DNA of 37,518 nucleotides from an uncultured Thermococci archaeon (GTDB lineage Archaea; Methanobacteriota_B; Thermococci; Thermococcales; Thermococcaceae), in contig CAZAPD010000063.1 in the NCBI GenBank assembly GCA_964487115.1, forward strand, positions 1 through 37,518. The letters run 5' to 3'. A program made the position numbers and the translations under genes. The notes beneath the pieces were generated by a model, which saw nothing but the letters and a program-made list of their open reading frames with translations, did no database searches and was not told where the DNA came from. Of this stretch, positions 21,798-31,543 are shown in pieces (the first letter of the stretch is position 1; every line of letters starts with the position of its first letter).

Positions 21798-22210
21798 GTG
21801 AGGAAACTCAAATTAGTCTTAAGAAGAAGGAGAAATGGGGAGTAGCTCATATATACTCTTCCTACAACAACACTATCATCCATATCACTGACCTCACGGG
21901 AGCAGAGACCATCTCAAGATGGAGTGGTGGTATGGTGGTTAAAGCTGATAGGGATGAACCTTCTCCATATGCCGCCATGATTGCAGCAAAAAGAGCCGCC
22001 GAAGAGGCAATGGAAAAAGGATTTGTGGGGGTTCATATCAAGGTTCGCGCTCCTGGTGGGAGTAAAAGCAAATCTCCAGGGCCGGGTGCACAAGCAGCCA
22101 TCAGAGCTCTTGCCAGGGCTGGTCTCAGAATAGGCCGTGTCGAGGATGTCACTCCGATCCCCCATGATGGAACAAGACCGAAGGGCGGTAGAAGAGGTAG
22201 AAGAGTTTGA
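21794..22210 (+). CDS. rps11: 30S ribosomal protein S11 (uS11)
   Basis: [28 protein letters not shown]. Confidence 0.98.
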   Translation: MSEETQISLKKKEKWGVAHIYSSYNNTIIHITDLTGAETISRWSGGMVVKADRDEPSPYAAMIAAKRAAEEAMEKGFVGVHIKVRAPGGSKSKSPGPGAQAAIRALARAGLRIGRVEDVTPIPHDGTRPKGGRRGRRV

Positions 22211-22233
22211 TTTATTTTATAACTTCTTTTTTT
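22211..22233 (+). terminator. T-rich tract after rps11 (possible oligo-U terminator/attenuator)
   Basis: TTTATTTTATAACTTCTTTTTTT. Confidence 0.35.
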
Positions 22234-22243
22234 GGTGAGAAAA

Positions 22244-23026
22244 ATGGGCGTTGAGATTAAAATTCTTGAAAAAAGGGAAGACTCGATTCGTTTTATCCTT
22301 GGGGGAGTTAGTCATACTTTTGCAAATGCTCTCAGGAGGGCTATAATAGGGGAAGTTCCGACTTTTGCTGTGGATGAGGTTGAATTCTTTGAAAATGATT
22401 CAGCTCTCTTTGATGAAGTTCTCGCTCACAGACTTGCAATGATACCATTAACCACTCCAGCAGACAGGTTTGAACTTGATGCCCTTGATCTTGATGATTA
22501 CGTTGTAACCTTAAGCCTTGAGTTTGAGGGACCGGGGATGGCCTATTCGGGGGATTTAAAAAGTGATGATCCTGATGTAAAGCCTGCTAATCCAAATGTT
22601 CCAATAGTTAAATTGGCTGAAGGACAGAAAGTTACTCTTAATGCCTATGCTAAGCTTGGGAGAGGAAAAGACCATGCAAAATGGCAACCTGGATTTGCAT
22701 ATTACAAGTATCTAACGAAGATACATGTTAGCAAACAGATTTCAGAATGGAAGAGAATCAAAGAACTTGCTGTGAAGAGAAAATTGCCAGTTGAGGAAAA
22801 TGAACGAGAACTTATTATAACGACATACAAGACCTTTTACCTACCAAGAGAATTTGATCAGTATGTTGGAGAATTAATAACAGAGGAGATATTGCCACAT
22901 ATCTTTGTCTTCACAGTTGAAAGCAACGGAGAACTCTCCGTTGAGGAAATGGTGGCCATAGCGCTTAAAATCCTCATGAGGAAGAGCGATAGATTTATAA
23001 ACGAGCTCCATAAATTAGCCGAGTGA
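22244..23026 (+). CDS. rpoD: DNA-directed RNA polymerase subunit D (Rpo3)
   Basis: [35 protein letters not shown]; lacks the Cys-rich Fe-S insert. Confidence 0.96.
   Translation: MGVEIKILEKREDSIRFILGGVSHTFANALRRAIIGEVPTFAVDEVEFFENDSALFDEVLAHRLAMIPLTTPADRFELDALDLDDYVVTLSLEFEGPGMAYSGDLKSDDPDVKPANPNVPIVKLAEGQKVTLNAYAKLGRGKDHAKWQPGFAYYKYLTKIHVSKQISEWKRIKELAVKRKLPVEENERELIITTYKTFYLPREFDQYVGELITEEILPHIFVFTVESNGELSVEEMVAIALKILMRKSDRFINELHKLAE
22988..23001 (+). promoter_or_regulatory. TATA box for tRNA-Leu embedded in the rpoD 3' coding sequence
   Basis: TTTATAAA at 22994-23001, 26 nt before the tRNA 5' end. Confidence 0.55.
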
Positions 23027-23027
23027 C

Positions 23028-23112
23028 GCGGGGGTTGCCGAGCCTGGTCAAAGGCGCGGGATTTAGGGTCCCGTCCCGTAGGGGTTCGCGGGTTCAAATC
23101 CCGTCCCCCGCA
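23028..23112 (+). tRNA. tRNA-Leu(TAG), CCA not encoded
   Basis: GCGGGGG/CCCCCGC acceptor, CGGGA-TT-TAG-GG-TCCCG anticodon arm, variable arm; followed by TCA. Confidence 0.95.
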
Positions 23113-23163
23113 TCATCAAGATCACCCCCGTCCCTCGGTGCGAGAAATTTAGGAGGAATTATC

Positions 23164-23526
23164 ATGAAGAGGACAGGTCCAACTGATATTAATTTGAGAA
23201 GGCTCATTCGATATCTAAGAAAGAAGTCAAATGAAGAAGGAGTAAAGATATGGAAAGATATAGCTTGGCGCTTGGAAAGACCAAGGAGACAAAGAGCTGA
23301 GGTAAATATAAGCAGAATAAACAGATATACCAAAGAGAATGACATAGTAATTGTTCCGGGAAGCGTCTTGGGTGCAGGAAAGCTTGAGCATAAGGTTACA
23401 GTTGCTGCATGGAAGTTCAGCGAAAAAGCTAAGGAGAAGATAATGGAAGCTGGTGGTGAGGCGATAACAATTGAAGAGCTCATTGAGAGGAATCCCAAGG
23501 GTAGTGGAGTAATTATAATGGAGTGA
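23164..23526 (+). CDS. rpl18e: 50S ribosomal protein L18e
   Basis: [27 protein letters not shown]. Confidence 0.96.
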   Translation: MKRTGPTDINLRRLIRYLRKKSNEEGVKIWKDIAWRLERPRRQRAEVNISRINRYTKENDIVIVPGSVLGAGKLEHKVTVAAWKFSEKAKEKIMEAGGEAITIEELIERNPKGSGVIIME

Positions 23527-23532
23527 TGAGCT

Positions 23533-23961
23533 ATGAGAATAATTAACGCTGAGGGTTTAATCCTTGGAAGACTTGCATCGAAAGTTGCCAAGATGCTTCT
23601 TGAAGGTGAGGAAATTATTATAGTAAATGCCGACAAAGCTATCATCACAGGAAACAGAGAGGACATTTTTGCAAAATTCAAACAGAGAACTGGTCTCAGA
23701 ACAAGAACAAATCCAAGAAGGGGACCATTTTATCCAAGGAGAAGTGATGAGATAGTCAGGAGAACAATAAGAGGGATGCTTCCATGGAAAACCAATAAAG
23801 GAAGGAGAGCATTTAAAAAGCTCAGGGTTTATGCCGGAATTCCGAAGGAATTTGAGGGAAAAGATTTTGAAACTATAATGGAAGCTCACATGTCAAGGCT
23901 GGCAACTCCGAAGTATGTCACTGTTGGGGAAGTTGCCAAGTTTCTCGGTGGAAAGTTCTGA
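23533..23961 (+). CDS. rpl13: 50S ribosomal protein L13 (uL13)
   Basis: [20 protein letters not shown]. Confidence 0.97.
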   Translation: MRIINAEGLILGRLASKVAKMLLEGEEIIIVNADKAIITGNREDIFAKFKQRTGLRTRTNPRRGPFYPRRSDEIVRRTIRGMLPWKTNKGRRAFKKLRVYAGIPKEFEGKDFETIMEAHMSRLATPKYVTVGEVAKFLGGKF

Positions 23962-23978
23962 GATCCGAGGTGATAGGA

Positions 23979-24386
23979 ATGAAGGTTATTCAGACATCTG
24001 GAAAGAGAAAAACAGCTGTTGCGAGAGCCACAATAAGGGAGGGTAAAGGCAGGATTAGGATTAACCACAAGCCGGTTGAGATAATTGAACCAGAAATGAT
24101 AAGATTTACAATCATGGAGCCACTTATATTAGCTGGTGAAGAGGTCGTCAGTAAAGTTGATATAGATGTCAAAGTCGAAGGAGGAGGGATTATGGGGCAA
24201 GCAGAGGCAGCGAGAGTAGCTATAGCAAGGGCTCTTATTGAGTGGACAAATGATATGAATCTCAAAGATAAATTCATAAAGTACGACAGGACAATGCTCG
24301 TTGGAGATTCGAGGAGAACAGAGCCACATAAGCCAAACAGGTCAACAAAAGGTCCAAGAGCCAAAAGACAGAAGTCATACCGTTGA
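23979..24386 (+). CDS. rps9: 30S ribosomal protein S9 (uS9)
   Basis: [26 protein letters not shown]. Confidence 0.98.
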   Translation: MKVIQTSGKRKTAVARATIREGKGRIRINHKPVEIIEPEMIRFTIMEPLILAGEEVVSKVDIDVKVEGGGIMGQAEAARVAIARALIEWTNDMNLKDKFIKYDRTMLVGDSRRTEPHKPNRSTKGPRAKRQKSYR

Positions 24387-24430
24387 TACTTTCGTTTAAT
24401 TTCCTTTGAAAGTTTGAGAAGGTGATCTGG

Positions 24431-24628
24431 GTGATAGTACCCGTAAGATGTTTCACATGTGGGAAGGTCATTGGAGACAAGTATTATATCTTTAAAGAGA
24501 GGGTTAAGCAAGGGGAAGATCCTGAAAAAGTCCTTGATGATCTTGGGGTTGAGAGATACTGCTGTAGGAGAACACTCCTCAGTCATGTTGAGCTGATTGA
24601 TGACATAATGAAGTACAGGGTATATTAA
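24431..24628 (+). CDS. rpoN: DNA-directed RNA polymerase subunit N (Rpo10), GTG start
   Basis: [17 protein letters not shown]. Confidence 0.97.
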   Translation: MIVPVRCFTCGKVIGDKYYIFKERVKQGEDPEKVLDDLGVERYCCRRTLLSHVELIDDIMKYRVY

Positions 24629-24643
24629 AAACCACATTTCTGG

Positions 24644-24721
24644 GGGGCCGTGGGGTAGCTTGGCCTATCCTCCCGGCTTGGGGTGCCGGAGACCCGGGTT
24701 CAAATCCCGGCGGCCCCACCA
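24644..24721 (+). tRNA. tRNA-Pro(GGG)
   Basis: GGGGCCG/CGGCCCC acceptor, CCGGC-TT-GGG-GT-GCCGG, encoded CCA. Confidence 0.95.
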
Positions 24722-24758
24722 TAATACTGTATGGGTTGGGCTGAAATGGGTGGTGAGC

Positions 24759-24932
24759 ATGTTCAGATATACAAGATTTGAGAAAGCGAGAATTGTAGGA
24801 GCAAGGGCGTTGCAAATAGCAATGGGAGCGCCAGTGCTTATAGAGGTTCCAGAGGGCATAACTCCTCTGGATGCTGCTATGCTCGAATTTGAGAAGGGCG
24901 TTGTGCCGATCACGGTAATAAGACCGAGTTGA
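24759..24932 (+). CDS. rpoK: DNA-directed RNA polymerase subunit K (Rpo6)
   Basis: [25 protein letters not shown]... Confidence 0.96.
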   Translation: MFRYTRFEKARIVGARALQIAMGAPVLIEVPEGITPLDAAMLEFEKGVVPITVIRPS

Positions 24933-24938
24933 TGACCA

Positions 24939-25964
24939 ATGACAATAATAGAGAATGTAATAGGAAGGGTTACTGTCCTCAAAGGAGGTAAATATTCCAT
25001 CGAAGTCGATGTGATAACCAGCTCTGGCTTTGGGAGATTTGCTGCTCCTATCGATAGAGACCCTTCACTGTACATTGCAGAGGCACATAGGGCAGTAAGT
25101 GAGGTCGACGAGATTATAGGTCCTGAATTAATAGGTTTTGATGCTCAAGAGCAGGAGATTATTGATAGCTATCTATGGGAGATCGACGGCACTGAGGATC
25201 TGAGCCACATAGGTGCAAACACGGCATTAGCAGTATCCGTTGCTGTGGCAAAAGCTGCTGCAAGTGTTAAAAAATTACCTCTCTACAGCTACATCGGTGG
25301 CACATTCACAACTGAGCTCCCAGTTCCCATAATGAGCATAATTCAGGATGAAGTTTTTGATTATTACCTGATGGTTAGGGATTTGATGGAGATAACGGAC
25401 ATAGTCGATGCCCTCGTGAAAGTGGAAGAATACGCTGAAAATAGAACAGTCAAAGCCTTATCTGAGGCATCAGAAAAAGCAAGTGATGAACTTGGCCTTG
25501 AAATTGCCATTGGGGTAATTCAAAAAAAGCCCCTTGAAATGGAGGAAGTGCTCAATCTGGTTGAAGACAATAATATTGCATATATAAAGCCAATAGGAAA
25601 CGAGGAGCTTTTCCTTGAGTTGATTGCTGGAACTCATGGTGTTTTCATAGATGGTGAGTACCTGTTTAAAAAGAAGGACATATTAGACAGGCGCTACTAT
25701 AATGCCCTTTCCATAAAACCCATAAACCTAGGGACGCTCACTGACTTATATAATCTTGTGAACGATGCCAAATCGGAGAGAATAACTCCGATTTTGGCAG
25801 AGACCATGTTTGAATCTGCAGATGGGGCTCTGCCTCATTTGGCTGTGGGGCTTAACTGCCCTGCTTTAATGCTCCACAGGGATTCACTTACCAAGATAAA
25901 TGAACTGATTAGAATCGCTGAAGATTTAGGCGAAAGGGGTAGGATAATAACATTTGAGGGGTGA
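24939..25964 (+). CDS. Enolase-like protein (short, divergent, probably catalytically impaired)
   Basis: [61 protein letters not shown]; occupies the eno position between rpoK and rps2. Confidence 0.85.
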   Translation: MTIIENVIGRVTVLKGGKYSIEVDVITSSGFGRFAAPIDRDPSLYIAEAHRAVSEVDEIIGPELIGFDAQEQEIIDSYLWEIDGTEDLSHIGANTALAVSVAVAKAAASVKKLPLYSYIGGTFTTELPVPIMSIIQDEVFDYYLMVRDLMEITDIVDALVKVEEYAENRTVKALSEASEKASDELGLEIAIGVIQKKPLEMEEVLNLVEDNNIAYIKPIGNEELFLELIAGTHGVFIDGEYLFKKKDILDRRYYNALSIKPINLGTLTDLYNLVNDAKSERITPILAETMFESADGALPHLAVGLNCPALMLHRDSLTKINELIRIAEDLGERGRIITFEG

Positions 25965-25969
25965 AGAAA

Positions 25970-26575
25970 ATGGAAGAGTATTTGGTTCCACTCGATCAGT
26001 ACTTGGCAGCTGGAATACACATAGGAACCCAGCAGAAGACAAAGGACATGAAAAAGTTCATCTATCGGGTTAGGCAGGATGGATTATATGTTCTTGATGT
26101 CAGGAAAACTGATGAGAGACTTCGTACAGCAGGAAAATTCTTGGCAAAGTTTGACCCACAGAGCATACTCGCTGTAAGTGTTAGACTCTATGGTCAAAAG
26201 CCTGTTAAGAAGTTCGGTGAGGTCACAGGTGCGAAGGCAATACCTGGGAGATTCCTTCCAGGAACCATGACGAATCCGGCAGTCAAGAACTTCATGGAGC
26301 CTGATGTGCTCATAGTCACCGATCCAAGGGCTGACCATCAGGCACTTAAAGAAGCTGTTGAAATAGGCATACCTATAGTGGCTCTTGTAGATACGGAGAA
26401 CTTCCTCAGCTACGTCGATGTTGCCATTCCAACAAACAACAAGGGTAGAAAGGCCCTCGCACTTATATATTGGATACTTGCGAGGGAAATACTCTACAAC
26501 AGAAAAGAAATTGAGAGCAGAGGGGACTTTAAAATACCAGTTGAAGACTTTGAAATGAGAATCATAAGAACCTGA
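25970..26575 (+). CDS. rps2: 30S ribosomal protein S2 (uS2)
   Basis: [31 protein letters not shown]. Confidence 0.98.
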   Translation: MEEYLVPLDQYLAAGIHIGTQQKTKDMKKFIYRVRQDGLYVLDVRKTDERLRTAGKFLAKFDPQSILAVSVRLYGQKPVKKFGEVTGAKAIPGRFLPGTMTNPAVKNFMEPDVLIVTDPRADHQALKEAVEIGIPIVALVDTENFLSYVDVAIPTNNKGRKALALIYWILAREILYNRKEIESRGDFKIPVEDFEMRIIRT

Positions 26576-26580
26576 GCTAC

Positions 26581-26596
26581 CGAAACCTTTTTAATT
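26581..26596 (+). promoter_or_regulatory. BRE/TATA promoter for tRNA-Leu(TAA)-rpl40e
   Basis: CGAAACC-TTTTTAAT about 25 nt upstream of the tRNA. Confidence 0.55.
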
Positions 26597-26619
26597 TTCC
26601 TAAGTGGGCTTATTCATGA

Positions 26620-26889
<270 letters not shown>

Positions 26890-26893
26890 TGGC

Positions 26894-27220
26894 TCATTCT
26901 TCCAATTTCTCTATTGTATTTCTAAGAAACTCAAGACCTTCTTGGAATAATTCCCTGCCTTTTTTTGTGAGTTTGTAGTACTTTCTTGAGGGTTTTCCTG
27001 TCTCACTCTCCTGCCATTCGGCTGTTACATATCCATCTTTTTCAAGCTTGTAAAGAACAACATAGGAACTTACTGTTGCAGGTTCGAATCCAAATTTGTC
27101 TTTTATCTTTTCCTTAAGTTCATAGGCATACATCGGTCTCTCTCTTAGGAGGTTCAGTATGTATATCCATAAAACTTCTTTGGTTAGCTTATCCCTAAGC
27201 CTTCCTATTGGATCTGACAT
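26894..27220 (-). CDS. PadR-family transcriptional regulator
   Basis: ERPMYAYEL, YVVLYKLEKDGYV, RKYYKLTKKG. Confidence 0.9.
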   Translation of the reverse strand: MSDPIGRLRDKLTKEVLWIYILNLLRERPMYAYELKEKIKDKFGFEPATVSSYVVLYKLEKDGYVTAEWQESETGKPSRKYYKLTKKGRELFQEGLEFLRNTIEKLEE

Positions 27221-27332
27221 CATTATCACCGCTGAGCTTTATATCTTGCAAATATTTTCATGACATGAAATTTAAATATTTTGGAGGGTAAAATATTTAT
27301 TCCCATAATCCAATTCTTTGTGGTGATATATC

Positions 27333-27635
27333 ATGGCAACGTTAGATATGAATGCAATGCTTGGAGATGTAGGAGTTGGTGGAATAGCTGGTTTTGTGAC
27401 TGGGTTTGCATTGAAAAAGCTGATGAAATTAGCGATGGCTTTAATTGGAGCTTATATCCTAAGTCTCTTCTGGCTTCAGCAGAAGGGAGTGATAACAATC
27501 AACACTGATAAGCTCTTTAATCTTGCAGGAAGCATGACGACCCAAATAACCACCCTCGGCGAGAAGGTTCTCGGAATACTGCCGGGAACAGGCGCTTTTG
27601 TAGCAGGTTTCTACTTAGGCTTCCATAAAGGTTAA
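27333..27635 (+). CDS. FUN14-domain small membrane protein
   Basis: GVGGIAGFVTGFALKKLMKL, LQQKGVITIN, GAFVAGFYLGF. Confidence 0.85.
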   Translation: MATLDMNAMLGDVGVGGIAGFVTGFALKKLMKLAMALIGAYILSLFWLQQKGVITINTDKLFNLAGSMTTQITTLGEKVLGILPGTGAFVAGFYLGFHKG

Positions 27636-27667
27636 ATTTAAATCTTCCTTCCTCCTTACCATCTCCT

Positions 27668-28990
27668 ATGAGCTATGAAAGGAAACTGATAATAAAACAT
27701 TCCTTTGCCTCTGTAATTGCATTGGCAGTTTTCGGAAGCACGCGCTTTATCTATAGTGTCGTGGTTTCACGAAAATATGGCGTTGGAGCTCTTGGTTCTG
27801 CTAATTCACTTATTTCTCAGGCTTTCCTTCTTGCAATCCCTCTAAGCTTCTTTGCAGTTGCTCTGGGGAAATATTCTTCGGAATTCTTAGGAAGAGGTGA
27901 TGCTGAAAAGATTAAATCGATAGCTTCAATTTCATTCCTTTTTCCTTTTCTCGGATTGTTTCTTGTACCTCTGAATATCTATATGGGTTTGATATCGGTT
28001 TTTAGAGCCCTCCAGCTTACAGTAAGGAACTTTTTCTATGGAGTACACCGAGGAGAAATCTATGCTTATGTTGTTATACTGGGCTTTGTAGCGTTTTTGG
28101 TTGGCTTTATGGTAGCTAATGTTTATCTGCCATACATCCTGTTCCTTGGACTGATTTCAATAGTCACTTTTGGATATCTGATTAAGAAGCGTCTCATTGG
28201 AAAGCCAGCTGTGAATGATATCAAACTTCTGACATCGTACTCCTTCTTTGCATTCCTTGGGACTCTTTCGGGAGTCTTTTTAATTCAGGGGCCCTATTTC
28301 CTTAGTGAAAAATTTGGAAGTGCAGAAATAGCCGGCAGAGTCTCGGCTTCTCTCTCCGCAGCATTTCTTCTGACGTATCTCCCCCAGATTCTACAGTCTG
28401 CAATAATGCCTCTATATTCCTACAAATATGGCCAAAATAAGATGGAATATGTTAAAAACCTGTCTGAACTGCTAACAGAATCGCTGATCCTGATAACAGC
28501 TGTCATAGTATTCTCACTGTTACTGTTCGGAAGAGAATTGCTCTCATTTTTTTTCGGATTCTCTTTAGGTGAGGAATTTTATATAGCACTCATTGCAGTT
28601 GAGATATACATCGCATACAATCCGAGCATTGTAGCCCTAAATTCCACAAAATATGTTAAAATAGGTAGTTTGATAGCACTGGCAGGTGCAGTAGTTTCGC
28701 TTGTTTCTTGGACTTTTTTAATACCGCTTTTTGGGGAGTATGGGACTATGATCGCCCTCTTTCTTGGTTATCTTACAATCCTTCTGGAAACTGCATACAT
28801 TTCTATGAAGAAACTTGGGGTGCCTCCTTCAGTTTATAAACCCCTTCTCGTGGCTGTGGTCTTTCAGAGCTTTGTTTTCATTTCAAAAATTGCCCTCGTT
28901 GCTGGATTTATCATCTTTTTGTTGTTTTCAAAAAGAAAAATCCGAAAGTTTCTTAGTTTTATTAAGTTCTTCCATGGTAGAGGATCCTAA
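27668..28990 (+). CDS. MOP-superfamily flippase / polysaccharide biosynthesis membrane protein
   Basis: About 12 hydrophobic segments; SRKYGVGALG, SAIMPLYS, LIPLFGEYG patterns. Confidence 0.7.
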   Translation: MSYERKLIIKHSFASVIALAVFGSTRFIYSVVVSRKYGVGALGSANSLISQAFLLAIPLSFFAVALGKYSSEFLGRGDAEKIKSIASISFLFPFLGLFLVPLNIYMGLISVFRALQLTVRNFFYGVHRGEIYAYVVILGFVAFLVGFMVANVYLPYILFLGLISIVTFGYLIKKRLIGKPAVNDIKLLTSYSFFAFLGTLSGVFLIQGPYFLSEKFGSAEIAGRVSASLSAAFLLTYLPQILQSAIMPLYSYKYGQNKMEYVKNLSELLTESLILITAVIVFSLLLFGRELLSFFFGFSLGEEFYIALIAVEIYIAYNPSIVALNSTKYVKIGSLIALAGAVVSLVSWTFLIPLFGEYGTMIALFLGYLTILLETAYISMKKLGVPPSVYKPLLVAVVFQSFVFISKIALVAGFIIFLLFSKRKIRKFLSFIKFFHGRGS

Positions 28991-29708
28991 TGAGCTCTGA
29001 GGGGAGTCTCTCTTTCTTTATTCTCTCCTCTATAATCCTTTTGTCATAGTCAACCTCTATGAACTTTGTGTGAAGGGTATCTACATCTATGAGTGCGAAT
29101 GTCGCTTTATGTCCCTTTCCCTGGGGAAATCCTACGCTGCCCGGACAGATAACCCTTCCGTACCTCGTCATCGCGTTTACAGGATACTTCGGAGACGAAA
29201 CCAGCAAAATTTCATGATCCTTCACAGGTCGCATTATTGATTCATAGTAGGAGGTTGGTTGTTCCGGTAGTATTTTTCCCTCAAAAGGGTTCAACGGACT
29301 ACCATAAACTCCAAATATGCTGTTCTTGCCAATTTTATCTACGAGGTATATCAGAGTATCTCTAATGAATTCCCTGCCTTCGTGACCGAGCTTGTTCCAA
29401 GTATATTTTAATGCTGTTTTGATATATTCTGGGACGTTCAGACTCTCGATATAATCTGAGTCCTCTGAGTTCATAACAATGACTTGATCGTACTCTCCAC
29501 GGATAATTTTTACCTCGCTATTTTTAATCAGACTTTTGAGACTTCTTACAATTTCATTCGGATAGGGGAATATTCCTATGATATTTCCCATGATGTAATA
29601 TTTTTCTATTGTGTATCCCTCTTCTTTGAATTTTTCGATTTCTTCAAAAGCCTTTATCAATGCAGGAAAATTCCCATTTATATTAGCTAAGGCTGCGATA
29701 TATGCCAT
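28962..29708 (-). CDS. Calcineurin-like metallophosphoesterase-fold protein with substituted metal ligands
   Basis: ANINGNFPAL, MGNIIGIFPYPNE, RGEYD, VYGSP, ICPGSVG, FIEVDYD; SD GGAGGTGA before ATG 29708. Confidence 0.8.
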   Translation of the reverse strand: MAYIAALANINGNFPALIKAFEEIEKFKEEGYTIEKYYIMGNIIGIFPYPNEIVRSLKSLIKNSEVKIIRGEYDQVIVMNSEDSDYIESLNVPEYIKTALKYTWNKLGHEGREFIRDTLIYLVDKIGKNSIFGVYGSPLNPFEGKILPEQPTSYYESIMRPVKDHEILLVSSPKYPVNAMTRYGRVICPGSVGFPQGKGHKATFALIDVDTLHTKFIEVDYDKRIIEERIKKERLPSELIRILYHGRT

Positions 29709-29844
29709 TCTCTCACCTCCATTTCTGGTGAGAAGAATTAGTACTCTCATTTTTAATAACATTTGGTAATTTTATAAATTTTTCGCAGAATCCATACTGC
29801 AAAAGTGGTTTGCTGATAGAAGTGAAAATACTCCAAAACTTGTC

Positions 29845-29922
29845 TGGCGGACCGGCGGGGATTCGAACCCCGGACCTGCGGCTTAGGAGGCCGCCGCCCT
29901 GTCCTGGCTAGGCTACCGGTCC
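29845..29922 (-). tRNA. tRNA-Arg(CCT)
   Basis: Reverse complement GGACCGG...GCGGC-CT-CCT-AA-GCCGC...CCGGTCC-G-CCA. Confidence 0.96.
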
Positions 29923-29978
29923 ACTGCCCGCTATTCCCTGAAAGAGAAGGATATTTAAACTTTACGGTAGAGATATGT

Positions 29979-30434
29979 ATGGTGATGATTTTGGTTGATG
30001 AGCTTGATAGAAAAATTTTATCACTATTACAAAAGGATGCAAGGCTTTCTTATAGAGAAGTTGCGAAGGAACTTAAGGTTGCTGTGGGCACGGTATATAA
30101 TCGTCTCAAAAGAATGGAAGAAAAGGGCATCATACTTGGCTTCACCCCAAAACTTAATTATGAAAAACTTGGATATGAACTGACTGCGATAATAGGTATA
30201 AAAGCCCAAGGGAAGAAAATCATACAAATAGAACAGGAAATAGCAAAAAATGAGCATGTGTTATGTGTATATGATGTAACCGGAGAATACGATATTATTG
30301 CAGTAGCCAAGTTCAAAGGAAGGGAAGATATGAATAGATTTGTCAAATGGTTACTATCTATTGATGGTGTGGAAAAAACTAATACTCATGTCGCCATGGA
30401 TATCGTCAAGGAGGACTTAGAGTTACCCCTTTAG
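29979..30434 (+). CDS. Lrp/AsnC-family transcriptional regulator (full length); start may be TTG 29991
   Basis: DELDRKILSLLQKDARLSY, GTVYNRLKRM, YDVTGEYD. Confidence 0.93.
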   Translation: MVMILVDELDRKILSLLQKDARLSYREVAKELKVAVGTVYNRLKRMEEKGIILGFTPKLNYEKLGYELTAIIGIKAQGKKIIQIEQEIAKNEHVLCVYDVTGEYDIIAVAKFKGREDMNRFVKWLLSIDGVEKTNTHVAMDIVKEDLELPL

Positions 30435-30438
30435 TTTA

Positions 30439-30771
30439 TTATCGTGTTATAATAAAAACTTCTTTCATAAATCGTTTTGTAAAATGCTCTATAGATTCTG
30501 CAGGCAATTTTACTTCTTTTCCATTCACTTTGCCTTTGAAAATAAATGGGCTGGTTATTTTTAATTCAGAAAATGCTGTGTCCTCTGTTGTTTCATTTAA
30601 CACTTTTTTAAATTCATCCGCACTTGCTTTAATAATAACTCCCTGAACTCTAATCTCTTCTCCACATTCTTCAGCCGGGCAATAGAACTTAAATGGGAGC
30701 CCAACTTCAGCATCAACTAAGATACTGATTCCTTGAACATTATAAATTATAAAAGCAGGGATTTGCATCAC
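30439..30771 (-). CDS. Hypothetical protein (110 aa), coupled to the upstream PRTase gene
   Basis: ATGA overlap with the upstream stop; C-x4-C motif; fills the gap to the convergent Lrp gene. Confidence 0.7.
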   Translation of the reverse strand: MMQIPAFIIYNVQGISILVDAEVGLPFKFYCPAEECGEEIRVQGVIIKASADEFKKVLNETTEDTAFSELKITSPFIFKGKVNGKEVKLPAESIEHFTKRFMKEVFIITR

Positions 30772-31487
30772 TTCCCGATTTTTACAAGTACCTCGACTGG
30801 AATGTCATATTCTTTCTTGAGATGATCAAGAACATTGCCTACACTTATCAGGAAAAACATCCCCACCGGAACAGCTCCAGCTTGATGACACATCTCTACC
30901 AGAGCTTTTTGTGTTTCTCCACTCCTTATAACGTCATCGACGATGAGGACCCTTTCCCCTTTCTTAAGTGCCCAGTGCGGCAAATAAAGTGTAGTCACGC
31001 TTCCAGAGGCACTTGGGACATAGCTAACTTCGTAGAACTTCTCAACACCGACCTCTTTCTTCTTCTTAGCATAGACAACATCCACATTTAGTTCTTTTGC
31101 TATGTGGACTCCTAAGGGGATTCCATCTGTTGCTGCTGTAAGAATTTTGGTGACGTTTCTGTCCATGTATTTTGATGCTACTTCCTCAGCAATTAAGCTC
31201 ATCAAAGGTGTGTCACTTAGAACCATCATGTTATCAAAAAATCCCCTATCATCAAATTTTATTCTCTTCTTAACCTCTTCCTCCAGGTTTACATAAGGCG
31301 ATAATATTTTTATGAGGCTTTTAGTTCTTTCCGAACTTGGGAGTACTTTCCCTCTGACATACCTGTTTAATACTGTTATTGGGAGATTTGTTATCTTTGA
31401 GAGTTCCTCATATGTGTATGATTTTTTTAAAATTCTCAGTATTGTGACAAGCCTTAATTTTTCCTGCACTGCTTTTATTTGACTCAT
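30768..31487 (-). CDS. HTH plus type I phosphoribosyltransferase-domain protein (PurR-like regulator)
   Basis: N-terminal HTH YTYEELSKITNLPITVLNRY; PRPP motif VLIVDDVIRSGET; SD GGAGGTGA. Confidence 0.88.
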   Translation of the reverse strand: MSQIKAVQEKLRLVTILRILKKSYTYEELSKITNLPITVLNRYVRGKVLPSSERTKSLIKILSPYVNLEEEVKKRIKFDDRGFFDNMMVLSDTPLMSLIAEEVASKYMDRNVTKILTAATDGIPLGVHIAKELNVDVVYAKKKKEVGVEKFYEVSYVPSASGSVTTLYLPHWALKKGERVLIVDDVIRSGETQKALVEMCHQAGAVPVGMFFLISVGNVLDHLKKEYDIPVEVLVKIGK

Positions 31488-31543
31488 ATTTTCACCTCCA
31501 AGTAACCAAAATTAACAAGAAAATGTATAAATAGGTTTCGGTC

